Notes under the pieces: model-generated | Databases searched by the model: none | Seen by the model: the letters and a program-made list of their open reading frames with translations, nothing else | What the model was told of the DNA's origin: nothing | DNA from: an uncultured cyanobacterium | Lineage (GTDB): Bacteria > Cyanobacteriota > Cyanobacteriia > Cyanobacteriales > Cyanobacteriaceae | NCBI GenBank assembly: GCA_963749915.1 | Contig: CAVVOP010000005.1 | Coordinates: forward strand, 320,001-384,000 | Length of the DNA: 64,000 bases | Direction: 5' to 3' | Program-made: the position numbers and the translations under genes | In this document: piece by piece, positions 52,259-63,296 of the stretch | How the letters are laid out: each line of letters opens with the position of its first letter | Position numbering within the stretch: the first letter of the stretch is position 1

Positions 52259-52419
52259 TACATCGAATCGAGGGAAATAAGTACGAAAAGTAGGCTCAAT
52301 ATGATTTTTCTTGTATTATTTTAATAGTTAAAAGTACTATTGCTCTCCTTGATATATTTTTTAGCCATTTTGGGAATACTTTATCTATGACTAAAATTGG
52401 CTGAAACTCTATTGAATAA

Positions 52420-53720
52420 ATTCACTTTTTAATCAAATTACTAATATTTAATCAAAATCATAATAGCTTACCAAAAATATTTTTAACGGGGGATCCAGCA
52501 CAAGTTATTAATCCTAGTGGCTTTCATTGGAATCGAGTCAAAGATATTTTTTATCGTGCCTATTCTGATTTACCACAATGGGATAATAAGATCAAAAGTT
52601 TAATTGAACCTAAACAGTTAAATATCAATTTTCGTTCTGTTAGTGGTATTGTTGATTTAGCTTCAGCTATCATTCCTCTTATTCAACATAATCAACATTT
52701 AGCATCAGAATTAATTATTCAAAATTCTATTATTCAATCGGAAGATAAACCGTTAATTATCAATCAATCTCCCCTTGATTATTTTAAGAATAAAGATTCT
52801 TTTGGCAGTCGAAACGCTATTATTGTTACTACTAATAAAGATAAAGAAAATTTAGCAAAATATTTTAAGAATGATAATCAAAGAATTTTAACAATTCAAG
52901 AAGCAAAAGGATTAGAATTTGATGAGGTTTTAATCTGGAACTTTTTTTCTAATTTTGAGAGTTGGCAAAATGGTAATAATGCCGAAATAAAAGAAGTAAA
53001 AAGATATAAGTATAACTGTTTATATGTTTCGATAACTAGGGCAAGAAATAGATTATATTTTTATGATGAAAATGTAACTAAATTTTGGAATTCAGCTAAT
53101 ATTAAAAATCTTGTTGATGATGGTAATACATATGATTTAGAAACTTTATTAAAATCCGATGAAAGTATCGAAGATATTAAGAAATCAGCCCATGAATACT
53201 TAAATCAAGGTACAATTCAGGGATATAAAATTGCGATTGAATTATTTACACGAGCAAAAGATAATGATAATTTGAATAAGGCAAAAGCATTGTTAGCAGA
53301 AAAGGAAGGAGATTATAATTTAGCTAGGGGATATTTGGCAAAATAATGTGACGAAAAAGCCGTTTGCTATCAGCAGCTAAAGCATGGTTAGAAATAGAGG
53401 AAACGGAAAAAGCCGCTATTTGTTATGAAAAATTGAAGATTGGGAAAAAGCCGCTATTTGTTATGAAAAATGTGAAGATTGGCAAAATGCCGCTATTTGT
53501 TATGAAAAATCTGAAGATTGGGAAAAAGCAGAATATGCTTGGAAAAAAATTGCAAATTCGGAGAGAATTGCTAACGCTTGTGAACAACAGGGAAAAAGTA
53601 AATGGAACGAGGCACAAATGTATTATCAAGAAGCCGAAAAATATAAAAAAGCCTACGATTTGTTATGGAAAATGAATAGAAAAAGAGAAGCATTATGGAC
53701 ATTAGGAAAGTATAAACTGT
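52420..53720 (+). pseudogene. 5'-truncated, frameshifted UvrD-like SF1 helicase with C-terminal TPR-like repeats
   Basis: Frame 52420-53346 is open but lacks a start before the helicase motifs: LTGDPAQ, LNINFRS, TIQEAKGLEFDEV, LYVSITRAR. Then AAICYEK.EDWEK repeats across frameshifts. Confidence 0.88.
53406..53529 (+). repeat. 38/39-bp coding tandem repeat (x3) in the TPR-like region
   Basis: GCCGCTATTTGTTATGAAAAAT..GAAGATTGG repeated three times. The first unit is 1 nt short. Confidence 0.9.
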
Positions 53721-53944
53721 TTTAGAAATATTTATTAATTAAACTGCTTTTGTGCATTTTTTTGTTAATTTTTTTTAAAAGCCTTTCTTGTCAAAGACTT
53801 TAGAGTTATTCGGCAGACCCTAATTAATTATATATAAAAGATTAGATCAAAATTTTAAATAATAACTTGAGACTAACTTATATATATAATATTAGAGGTA
53901 TGTTGATTTTTAACTTATTCAGATCCTAATTAGTTCGTTATTAG

Positions 53945-55168
53945 TTACGGTGCTAAAGCATGACCTCTTAACAGGCTACCAATAGTTTTAGCAGTAATTT
54001 TCATTTGTACTAAAGGATTCGCAGGTACAACGGTTTTATATAGGTAGCTGTCGAAAGTCATTTTTTGGACATCTATATCTGAACACATTTCCACAAATGC
54101 TTCGCGGGTGGCATCACTACGATAGAAAACTCTTTGTAAAATATCCAATACCAGATAAGTTGTACCGTATTGTTTATCCCAACGTTTGAGATAGGTTTTT
54201 AAATCTGCTTCAGTGGGTACTTTTTGACCGTTATTGCTAGTTTGCACAATCACTTCCGCACACATTCTAGCAGATTTAGCGGCGAAATAAATACCTTCTC
54301 CAGAAGACTTGGTAACAGTACCAGCGGCATCTCCCACTAAGGCAACTCTACCGACGACACGGCGAGGACGGGGATGTTCGGGGATGGGGTGAGCTTCAAC
54401 TTTGATGATTTCTCCACCTTCTAAGCGTTTGGCCGCCCGTTGACGAATGCCGGCTTGTAAATCTTTGATGGTGGCTTTATTGACCTTCATAGTACCGGTA
54501 CCGACGGCAACGTGGTCATATTTAGGGAATACCCAGGCATAAAAGTCAGGGGAGACATCGTTACCAACGTACATTTCCGCTAGGTCCTCATAGTATGCCA
54601 TTTTATCTTCGGGTAATTTAATTCTTTCTTGGAAGGCGATGGCATAGTTATAATCACCGGCGTCAATGGCTTTTGCAATGCGAGAGTTAGCACCGTCTGC
54701 GCCAATAACGAGATCAACTTTTAAAGTCCCCATTTCTCCTTGGGCAGTACCATTAGAATGATCTGCATAATGAAGGGTATAAGCCTCTTTATCACTGTTA
54801 GGAATATCTAATTGAAAGACAGTACCGTTAATTAAATTAGCACCCGATTTGGCGGCGCGGTCACGTAAAAAGCCGTCTAAAATTTCTCGACGACACATAC
54901 CGATATATTCACCATCCTTGAGAGTTTGACCGATATTGACTTCAATATTCGAGGGTGAAATCATTTTCATTTTACGCACTCTACGATCAATAATTTCGGG
55001 AGGTAAATCAAATTCACTCACCATACAAAGAGGAATCGCACCACCGCAGGGTTTAGCGTTATCTAACTTTCTTTCGAAAATATAGGTTTCAATTCCTGCT
55101 TTTGCTAAAACTTCTGCGGCCGAAGAACCTGCGGGACCTCCGCCTACTACTGCTACCCGAATTGTCAC
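53945..55168 (-). CDS. chlP: Geranylgeranyl reductase
   Basis: Motifs GGGPAG, AKPCGGAIP and SGEGIYFAAKS. Confidence 0.97.
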   Translation of the reverse strand: MTIRVAVVGGGPAGSSAAEVLAKAGIETYIFERKLDNAKPCGGAIPLCMVSEFDLPPEIIDRRVRKMKMISPSNIEVNIGQTLKDGEYIGMCRREILDGFLRDRAAKSGANLINGTVFQLDIPNSDKEAYTLHYADHSNGTAQGEMGTLKVDLVIGADGANSRIAKAIDAGDYNYAIAFQERIKLPEDKMAYYEDLAEMYVGNDVSPDFYAWVFPKYDHVAVGTGTMKVNKATIKDLQAGIRQRAAKRLEGGEIIKVEAHPIPEHPRPRRVVGRVALVGDAAGTVTKSSGEGIYFAAKSARMCAEVIVQTSNNGQKVPTEADLKTYLKRWDKQYGTTYLVLDILQRVFYRSDATREAFVEMCSDIDVQKMTFDSYLYKTVVPANPLVQMKITAKTIGSLLRGHALAP

Positions 55169-55269
55169 GGTTATTTCTCCTAAAAATCTTTTAAATCAAT
55201 ATTGATGATAAATTGCATATAAATAGAAATTTAGGGTAAAAGGGACCCCGCTAAAAATTTTTATAGGGT

Positions 55270-55309
55270 TTTGCAACAGTCCTTAACAAAGTTAGTAATA
55301 TTTCTTAAT
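55270..55309 (-). promoter_or_regulatory. Possible HLR1 (RpaB) direct repeats upstream of chlP
   Basis: Minus strand ATTAAGAA-at-ATTACTAA and GTTAAGGA-ct-GTTGCAAA, both degenerate matches to the HLR1 consensus. Confidence 0.35.
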
Positions 55310-55337
55310 ATTCCTTGAGGAAAACCTATCAAATTTT

Positions 55338-56828
55338 CTATTTACCATCAACGTAGTTAAGCAACCATTTTTTTAACTGATAAGTCCCTAGACAGTCATC
55401 CTCGTTATATATTAATATATAGTCTAACCAAATGCGATCGCCTGTTTTTAACCACTGATCATACCAAAACACACATTGATCACCGCCGATTCTAACACCA
55501 TTAGAAGATATTTTGGCAGTTTTGGGATCGCGCCAATGAAAACCTAACCAGTTGCCGAGGGATTTTAAGGAGTAATTTTCTACGGGTAAGTAAAAAGAAT
55601 TAATGACTATTTTATGTAAATCCCATAAACGGCCTAACAGAGATTGCAATGAAGAAGACGGAGTTTTATAAACAGAGGCTAAACGTTTAATAGTTTCTAC
55701 TTCGTATTGAGAGTAATGGAAAATGGGTGCATGGTCATATTCACAGACAAAGTCAAGAAAATCCTGCCAAATGGTTTCTTCTTCCGTGATGGTTTCGGCC
55801 AAAAAAGTATAGTATTTTTTTTGTTGAGTTTCATTATTAACCAACAAAACTCCTAACAAATAATCAATATTGCGATCGGGTTCAGCTTCTATGTCAAAAT
55901 ATAACTCAACGGGATAATTGGGGATAGACGGCAAAGCAAGATTTTTTAAAATAGGCTGACGAGAGACAAGAGACTGACTTTGTTGATAAATATGGTTAGC
56001 AATTTCTTTATCTAAAACTCGGTTTAAATCTGAAAAGTTGGCTTGAGAAAGGCTAGGCAAATTATCAATCCCCTGACTAATTAACAACTCATGCCTTTTG
56101 GGAGTGATACCTGGAATTAAAGATAAATGTTGTTGAGACCTGGCCAAATTATAACAACCATCATACCATTGACAAAAAGTGCAACGCTGACGAGAAATAA
56201 AAACATCAGGCTCATTTTTTGCAAGTATCATAGAGAGACATTCCCTCACTAACTCCCTCGAAGAAGGAATCCAAATATTTAAGTTGAGATAATAAGGCTT
56301 GAGATGATTCCGTAAAAATATCTGCACTTTCGAAGGATTGATACCTTGAAAAAGACCTAAAATATCCCCTTGAAAAGCGGAAATCAATTTATATTCAGGT
56401 TTAATATTTTTGCCAAGATGAGTATTAACGGAAAAATAACTCCAATCACCCCAACGAGAAGGAATATCTTGCTTAATCAATAAGGTGGGGGAAATCATAA
56501 AGGTAACTTCTTCTTCGGCGTCGATAAAATCTTTAACCCTATAAGTAATAACCCCTTGATAAATGCATTCAACTCCTTGACGCATTAAATCTTCAGTAAT
56601 TAAAGCGAGAGTTAAATCATTTTCCCTATCCTCGGTTAAGGCTTTGGGTTGATGATAAGGTAAACCATAAATTTGTAAAACTTGCCAACTATGGGATTCT
56701 CTTTCTTCCCCCAACTTTAAAAGAAACTCTTTTTCTGATTGTTTCTGACTTTCTTCCCCATAAACATTGAGAAAGGCACGACGATGACAACGTTTATATT
56801 GAAACAATAACTCATCAGTCAGTAACAT
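55338..56828 (-). CDS. TM0106-family RecB-like putative nuclease
   Basis: N-terminal RCHRRAFL, C..CQW...C, and RNase-H-like YFDIE and YNEDDC. Confidence 0.9.
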   Translation of the reverse strand: MLLTDELLFQYKRCHRRAFLNVYGEESQKQSEKEFLLKLGEERESHSWQVLQIYGLPYHQPKALTEDRENDLTLALITEDLMRQGVECIYQGVITYRVKDFIDAEEEVTFMISPTLLIKQDIPSRWGDWSYFSVNTHLGKNIKPEYKLISAFQGDILGLFQGINPSKVQIFLRNHLKPYYLNLNIWIPSSRELVRECLSMILAKNEPDVFISRQRCTFCQWYDGCYNLARSQQHLSLIPGITPKRHELLISQGIDNLPSLSQANFSDLNRVLDKEIANHIYQQSQSLVSRQPILKNLALPSIPNYPVELYFDIEAEPDRNIDYLLGVLLVNNETQQKKYYTFLAETITEEETIWQDFLDFVCEYDHAPIFHYSQYEVETIKRLASVYKTPSSSLQSLLGRLWDLHKIVINSFYLPVENYSLKSLGNWLGFHWRDPKTAKISSNGVRIGGDQCVFWYDQWLKTGDRIWLDYILIYNEDDCLGTYQLKKWLLNYVDGK

Positions 56829-57323
56829 TTATACAATTAATAGTTTTATTGAATTAATAGTTGATAATTATGGTTCTTCAAGTTTGAGTCTGATCGATTT
56901 TCTCTAAAAAAGAGGCGATGGAGAATGGATACTCTTGCAATAGAGAAAAGCAAAAAGTAAAAGTTATTAAAGTCTTGAGCCACTTTTTTCTTGTTTCATA
57001 GGCCTCCTCAATTATATTAGAAAATACTCCAGTTTCAATCTAGATGCTTAGTTGTTTTCCTCTCTAATCCCCAATCCCTAATCCCTAATCTAACTTGAAA
57101 GTACACACTTTCATGTCATGCTTGGGGAGGAAATTTTTTTCATGACGACTGACTTGAAAGTGCCAACTTTCATCTCTGATGGTGAAAATTTTTTTTCATG
57201 GGGACTGCCTTGTCCAAAAATTTTCGTCGAACTGACGATATAATTGGACTAGACAAACAATAACACAGTTATCTATCATTCATCAATAAACTCCTTAATT
57301 TTTTGCAGTAGCAAGCCATACCG

Positions 57324-57482
57324 ATGCCTTCTAATTCTGTTTCAGAAAACATGATTGGGCAACCCAGCCAAAATAGGACTGCCCCGGCCTCAATCGTTAC
57401 CATGTATGGCTCCGATCGCCTCTGGGATTGGTTGAACGAGTCTCAGATCGGCATTGCATTTACAACTTATCAAACAAATCGT
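57324..57482 (+). pseudogene. N-terminal remnant of a TIGR03032 (DUF4915) protein
   Basis: WLNESQIGIAFTTYQTNR. Similarity stops abruptly after that. Confidence 0.7.
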
Positions 57483-57667
57483 CAAAATTTTTTCCGAATT
57501 ACCCTTACCGATAACCTTTGTAAAAAAACTACCCTTGTCAGGAAGGTACTCACAAGAATAATTCACTACTAAGGAAGTCGATAAACATATTGTTATTAGT
57601 ACAGAAATAGGCTAAATTCGAATTCTATTCTCAAAAACTGTTAACTCTTAATTTACGGATGTTAATT

Positions 57668-58177
57668 ATGAATATCTCAATGTATCAAGCATCAATCCCA
57701 CCTTTGACTCATTCCCTATCAAATCTGGTTCATATTTTAGAAAAAGCATTAACCCACGCAGAAGAAAAGAAAATAGAACAGTCTGCATTAATCGATTTCC
57801 GTCTTTATCCCGATATGTTTCCTTTAAAAAAACAAGTACAAATTGCTTCTGATATATCCAGAAGAGGAGTTGCTCGATTAGCTGGCGTGCAAGCTCCGGC
57901 CATGGAAGATAATGAAACTACTTTTGCCGAATTAATAGACAGAACCAAAAATACTATTGCTTATCTAAAAACTTTTAAACCAGAGCAAATTGATGGTACT
58001 GAAGACAAAATAATTGAATTACCAATAGGTCAAGAAAAATTCACTTTTAAGGGAATGTCCTTTCTACTCTATTTTGTGATGCCTAATGTTTACTTTCATG
58101 TAACTACCACCTATGACATTCTCAGACATTGTGGTGTCGAACTTGGTAAGCGTGATTTTCTCGGTAGTTCACAGTAA
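57668..58177 (+). CDS. DUF1993 (DinB-like) protein
   Basis: Motifs RLYPDMFPL, PNVYFHVTTTYDILRH.GV and GKRDFLG. Confidence 0.92.
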   Translation: MNISMYQASIPPLTHSLSNLVHILEKALTHAEEKKIEQSALIDFRLYPDMFPLKKQVQIASDISRRGVARLAGVQAPAMEDNETTFAELIDRTKNTIAYLKTFKPEQIDGTEDKIIELPIGQEKFTFKGMSFLLYFVMPNVYFHVTTTYDILRHCGVELGKRDFLGSSQ

Positions 58178-58418
58178 CTATTGCCAACCTAATGTATAAG
58201 TATTTCCGGGGTGTTAGTAGTAACGGATAGGTAGGTTCGATGGAAGGTATTGTTTAAGGATGCTTCCATCGTAAGAATGGTTTGTTCATCACTAATTCCA
58301 ATGGTTTTTAACAAGTCTCCACAGCGATCGCACTATTTTCAAGGTTATTGTGATTATAGCTCTTGTTAGAACTGGAATGTTAGCCAATTTGGGCATCTCA
58401 GCCTTCTCATGAATAATT

Positions 58419-58566
58419 CAGGTTAAGCAACGCTTGAAAAATCGATTTTCAAAAGTGCCAACAAATCGCAGTCTGGCAGATGAATTGTTGTCAGAATCGG
58501 TAATGTCGAGTGTGAACTGGGCAGAAGTAGTCCAGAAGTCGATCGCAGCAAAAATTAATGTAGAAC
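58419..58566 (+). pseudogene. Fossil AbrB-type antitoxin / VapC toxin pair fused by deletion
   Basis: QVKQRLKNRFSKVPTNRSLADEL runs directly into LSESVMSSVNWAEVVQK. Confidence 0.65.
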
Positions 58567-58626
58567 GTGCGGAAAATTGCTTATATAAGAATTGAATAAG
58601 AAAAAAGATTGCAAGAGTTCATATCC

Positions 58627-60720
58627 TCAAGAAGCTTGGGCAATCAAGACCACACAGGAGCGAGCTTCAACGTAATAGTTATCCTCTGTGTGGGGTGATG
58701 TTGTGCCCAATTCGCAGAACGTCTCCGGCAGAGATAAGGCTGTATTTACCACCCAGTGCCAGTGCTCTCCCTTGCCCAACAAGGGCAGTTCAAACTCTAG
58801 TGCCTCCCAATAGGCATTGAGCATGACGTGTAGGTATTCGTTGGCTTGGGGATGGCGCAGGGAAAAGGCGAGGCTGCGGGACTGATCACCCCAGTCCGGC
58901 TGTCCTAACTTGACTCCGTGCCAGCTAATATGTGGTTCTCGGCTAGCATAGGCCACTCGGAGGCGAGTTTCCTGGCGGAATACCTCTAATCCTTGAATGA
59001 AGTTAACTAACCGCCGCAGGAAGCACCATAAATCGAACTGTGCGTCAACCTGACTCCAATCAAACCAACTCAATTCGTTGTCTTGGCAGTAGGTATTGTT
59101 ATTACCCTTTTGCGTGCGCCGCACTTCGTCTCCCATCAGGAGCATCGGCGTTCCCTGAGACAGAAAGAGAATGGTCAGGAAATTCTTAATTTGCCGTAGC
59201 CGTAAAGCTTCGATTTCAGAGCTATTTGTCTCGCCTTCTTCACCGCAATTCCAGCTAAAGTTATCATTGGCCCCATCCCGATTGCTCTCCCGATTAGCTT
59301 CATTGTGCTTATGGTTATAGGAAACGAGGTCGTTAAGGGTAAAGCCGTCGTGACAGGTGATGAAGTTGATACTACGGTTAATATCCGTATCCTGCCGCTG
59401 GTAGATGTCGGGACTGCCTAAAATTCTCGCAGCCAGCGTCCTGACCATGCCTGCGTCTCCCTTAACAAAGCGGCGTACGTCATCCCGAAAGGGCCCGTTC
59501 CACTCGGCAAACCAGTCGGCATACTTCACAAAACCTCCCACGGCGTACAGCCCCGCCGCATCCCAGGCTTCAGCAATCAGTTTCGTCCCCGCTAGGACTG
59601 CGTCTGATTCCATAATCCAGAGAATGCTAATGGTGCTCCCTTGTTGTTGGGCACGAATTGGCTGTCCTTGAGCATCCCGTGCTAGCACAGCAGCCAAGTC
59701 GAAGCGGAAGCCATCTACGTGCATTTCTGACACCCAATAGCGCAGGGAATCTAAAATCAGGCGCCCGCCGATGGGGTGATTACCCTTAAAAGTGTTACCG
59801 CAGCCGCTATAGTTAGTGTAAGCTGACGGGTTATCGGATTCCAGGATGTAGTAAGTCGGGTTGTCCAGTCCCCGGAAGGAGAGGGTCGGTCCCTTTTCGT
59901 TCCCTTCCGCCGTGTGGTTGAACACGACATCGAGGATGACTTCAATTCTCTCTCGGTGCAACGCCTTGACCAGATCCCGAAATTCGTTGAGAGGGCCGAG
60001 GGGATCCTTATTGGCACTGTAATCCCGATGGGGTGCAAAGAAATTGGTAGTATTATAGCCCCAGTAATTCGTCAGCCCGTCCGGGGCTGATTCTGGGTCG
60101 AAATAGTGGACGGGAAGCAATTCAACGGCGGTAATGCCCAAATTTTTTAGGTAAGGAATTTTTTCCCTCAGACCGGCAAAAGTTCCCCGCTTTTCCGGAG
60201 CGATGCCCGAAGTGGGATGGCGAGTAAAGCCGCCGACGTGCATTTCGTAGATGACGGTGCTGGCGTAGGAGTGGCGCAAGGGGCGGTCTCCCTCCCAGTC
60301 GTAGGTACTCAGATCGACGACAATACCCCGCAAAGCTTGGGCACAGTTATCTTTTCCTGGCTCCCGGGCAGCTTGGCGATCGTAAATCGAGTAGCCAACA
60401 ATTGCCTTGGCATAGGGGTCTAGTAATACCTTAGTGGGGTCAAAGCGGAGCCCTTTCGACCGCTGGTCTGAACCGTAGGCACGATAGGCGTAAACCTGCC
60501 CTGCCTTGAGTCCCTTGACAAAAACGTGCCAGTAGTAATAAGTGCGGTTCTGTTCAGGTGTGAGGCTAACGATCTGGGCGGGTTGGGGATCGTTGGGTGC
60601 TGCAAACAAAAGTAGTTCGATTTTTTCAGCGTGTTGGGAAAAGAGGGAGAAGTTAATGCCATCGGGACAAACTGTTGCTCCGAGGGGATAACTCTGACCG
60701 GGTAAGATAGAAAAATTCAT
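58627..60720 (-). CDS. glgX: Glycogen debranching enzyme / isoamylase (GH13)
   Basis: Motifs YPLGAT, NYWGY, DVVFNHT, VDGFRFDLA, AEAWD and NFITCHDGFTL. Confidence 0.96.
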   Translation of the reverse strand: MNFSILPGQSYPLGATVCPDGINFSLFSQHAEKIELLLFAAPNDPQPAQIVSLTPEQNRTYYYWHVFVKGLKAGQVYAYRAYGSDQRSKGLRFDPTKVLLDPYAKAIVGYSIYDRQAAREPGKDNCAQALRGIVVDLSTYDWEGDRPLRHSYASTVIYEMHVGGFTRHPTSGIAPEKRGTFAGLREKIPYLKNLGITAVELLPVHYFDPESAPDGLTNYWGYNTTNFFAPHRDYSANKDPLGPLNEFRDLVKALHRERIEVILDVVFNHTAEGNEKGPTLSFRGLDNPTYYILESDNPSAYTNYSGCGNTFKGNHPIGGRLILDSLRYWVSEMHVDGFRFDLAAVLARDAQGQPIRAQQQGSTISILWIMESDAVLAGTKLIAEAWDAAGLYAVGGFVKYADWFAEWNGPFRDDVRRFVKGDAGMVRTLAARILGSPDIYQRQDTDINRSINFITCHDGFTLNDLVSYNHKHNEANRESNRDGANDNFSWNCGEEGETNSSEIEALRLRQIKNFLTILFLSQGTPMLLMGDEVRRTQKGNNNTYCQDNELSWFDWSQVDAQFDLWCFLRRLVNFIQGLEVFRQETRLRVAYASREPHISWHGVKLGQPDWGDQSRSLAFSLRHPQANEYLHVMLNAYWEALEFELPLLGKGEHWHWVVNTALSLPETFCELGTTSPHTEDNYYVEARSCVVLIAQAS

Positions 60721-60997
60721 CTTGCTAATCTTAAGTATTAGATGACATTGCTATTAATTTTCAGTCTAATTTTCAGTCTATTGATGAGGGCCGTGAGTGA
60801 GCATATATATCTTAGCTCAGGAATTGTCGTTTATATTCTATACTTTTGCAGTTTTTTGTAAATGATTTGTAATTTTTATACTCAGAGACAAAAAAATTAA
60901 TAAATACTATTTTAGTAAGGGTGATCGTGTAAGAGGTAAGTCAATCTGACACTTCACTGCCATTTTCGCCATCATTGATTGAGTCCTGATGATAGAG

Positions 60998-63123
60998 CCC
61001 ACATTCCACACGTCAAACTGTATAATTTCAGATTATGAAATTAGAGACTGAAAAGTGACTATCAAAAGAAACTCTCAGTATGTTTTTTAAGTAAAAATAC
61101 TCAGTTACAAGTTAGTTCTCTAAATAATTAAGAGAACTTAGATAAATTATTATAAAACTAAGCCTATTAAAGGGATAATTAAATTAAGTTTTTAAGGGAA
61201 TTTTGATGATGATTTCCTCAGAAGAAATACAAGTTCAAACTATTAATCATTTAGGATTAATCGCTGGAATTATAGATGAAATTGGCCTTGAAAAAATTAT
61301 TAATGATGCCCTTGGGATTGACGAGAGGGAAATTGTCACAGCTGGTCAAATAGTCAAAGCAATTATACTTAATGGATTAGGATTTATTTCTCGCCCTCTT
61401 TATCTATTTCCACAGTTTTTTGAAGACAAAGCCACGGAACATTTAATCGGAAAAGGAATACTACCAGAACATTTGAATGATGATAGGATTGGGAGAATAA
61501 TGGATAAACTTTATGAGAAAGGATTATCTTCATTATTTTTAATAATAGCTTTGGCCGTAGTAAAAAAATATAAGATCAACATCGATTTTTCCCATTTGGA
61601 TTCAACTTCTTTTGCGGTAGAGGGCAAATATAGTCAAGAAAAAATTACCGGCAATTTTGTTAAAGAAAATACACAACAAGAGCTAATAAATCAAATTCCA
61701 ATTAAGATAATTAGAGGTTATTCCCGTGACCATAGACCAGATTTAAAACAATTTATTCTGGATTTAATTGTAAGTAGTGATGGCGATATTCCCTTATTTT
61801 TAAGAGTAGCAGACGGCGATGAAAATGATAAAGCAATGTTCGGAAAAATAGCTTCTGAATACAAATCAATGATAGATTTTGAGACAATGATAGTGGGTGA
61901 TAGTGCTTTATATACAGAAAATAACCTCAAATTAATGAACGGAATGGAATGGTTATCAAGAGTTCCATTATCAATAAAAGATGCCCTCAATTTGGTTTCA
62001 GAATTACCATCATCTGATTTTATTCCTAGTAGTTTAGAGGGATATTCATGGTATGAAGTAAGGAATAATTACGCAGAAATTGAACAGAGATGGCTAATAG
62101 TAGAAAGTGGAAAAAGAAAAGTATCAGAATCTTGAAAAACTTAGAAAAAATATAGAGAAAGAAAAAGAAAAAACGGAAGAAAAATTGAAGAAATTGATGA
62201 AAGAAGAATTTAGCTCGTCACCAGGAGCAGAAGAAATAATATTGAGACTGAATAAGACGTTAAAATATCATCAAATAACCGAGATAAAAATTAGCTGCAT
62301 TGAATTAAATAATCAAAAGAAAAAAACAAAAAAGAAAGAAGAAAAACTCGGAAAATTTTATCAAATTAGTGCTGTTTTAAAATCAGATTTAACCAAAATA
62401 ACGGAATTAGAAAAAAGAGCAGGAAGATTTGTGTTAGCCACAAATAGATTAGATAAAAATAAAATTAGTTCAGATGAAATAATAATTAAGTATAAAGAGC
62501 AACAATCAGCAGAAAGAGGTTTTGGTTTCTTAAAAGATCCATTATTTTTTGCAGATAGTGTGTTTTTAAAAACCCCAAAAAGAATCGAAACAATGGCAAT
62601 GTGTTTTTGGGGTTATGTCTCTTGGTATATTCTTTGGGGCAAAGAGAAGTGCGTCGCGTATTAAAGGAGAGAAAAACGGGGATAAAAAATCAGCTAGGAA
62701 AACTAACGGAACGTCCAAGGTTAAGATGGATATTTCAATGTTTTCAGGGGATTCATTTAGTAATAAATCAAGGAATAAAACAGATAGTAAATCTAACAAA
62801 TGAACGAAAACTAATTTTAAGTTTTTTCCCGATTTCTTGTCATAATTATTATATTTTATCTGGATAACTTATGGGATTTAAGAGTCTAAATATTCTCAAT
62901 TATAATACCATAAATAAAGAATAGAAAACTGATAGATTTGCTCTGTTTATTTATTCTCATTAAAGGTGAAGTTATTGACAATGAGATTTTAATTTGAGCA
63001 AAGTTCGCGAATATAAAACGCGAACAAAGAAGATATTGAGTATTATTACTTATATTTTGTCCAAAATAAGTTGCTTGGTTTTAATACTTTTATCATCTTA
63101 CAAAGTGAAGTGCGAAATGTGGG
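60998..63123 (+). mobile_element. Full-length IS1634-family element with a doubly frameshifted transposase (61203-62867)
   Basis: Imperfect 18-bp IRs CCCACATTCCACACGTCA / TGAAGTGCGAAATGTGGG. Motifs HLDSTS, GYSRDHRPDLKQ and ERGFGFLKDP. Frameshifts near 62130 and 62600. Confidence 0.94.
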
Positions 63124-63296
63124 ATTAAAGATTGGGGACTTTTTGATTATTGCGGCGATCGTCCTAGTTTGTATTATTCTTGTTGTCCGACTTCATGGAG
63201 GAGATAGCTTCGTATCTCTGTTAAAATTCTGTTTGGTATTGACTGTGGCTTCCGTTCCCGTTGCCATGCCCACAGTTCTCTCCATTAGTATGGCAG
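63124..63296 (+). pseudogene. Fragment of a plasma-membrane H+-type P-ATPase (TM3-TM4)
   Basis: LKIGDFLII...[22 protein letters not shown]. Cut by IS1634 on the left and by pstB sequence on the right. Confidence 0.78.

Noticed and set aside
53406..53529. 39-bp repeats as a CRISPR array
   Set aside because: Units are contiguous with no spacers and encode a TPR-like peptide. No cas genes are present.
57090..57212. Twin palindromic repeats as a mini-CRISPR
   Set aside because: Only two units, and the intervening sequences resemble each other.
58180..58410. Minus-strand coding-like remnant
   Set aside because: Broken across frames, and I could not assign a family.
59405..60662. Short overlapping ORFs within glgX, and similar shadow ORFs in asd, ccmM, rnb, htpG, pdhC and pgk
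   Set aside because: Alternative-frame or antisense shadows of well-supported genes.
11045..63123. 52-kb composite transposon bounded by the two oppositely oriented IS1634 copies
   Set aside because: No shared TSD on the outer flanks, the copies are diverged, and the interior is core chromosome.
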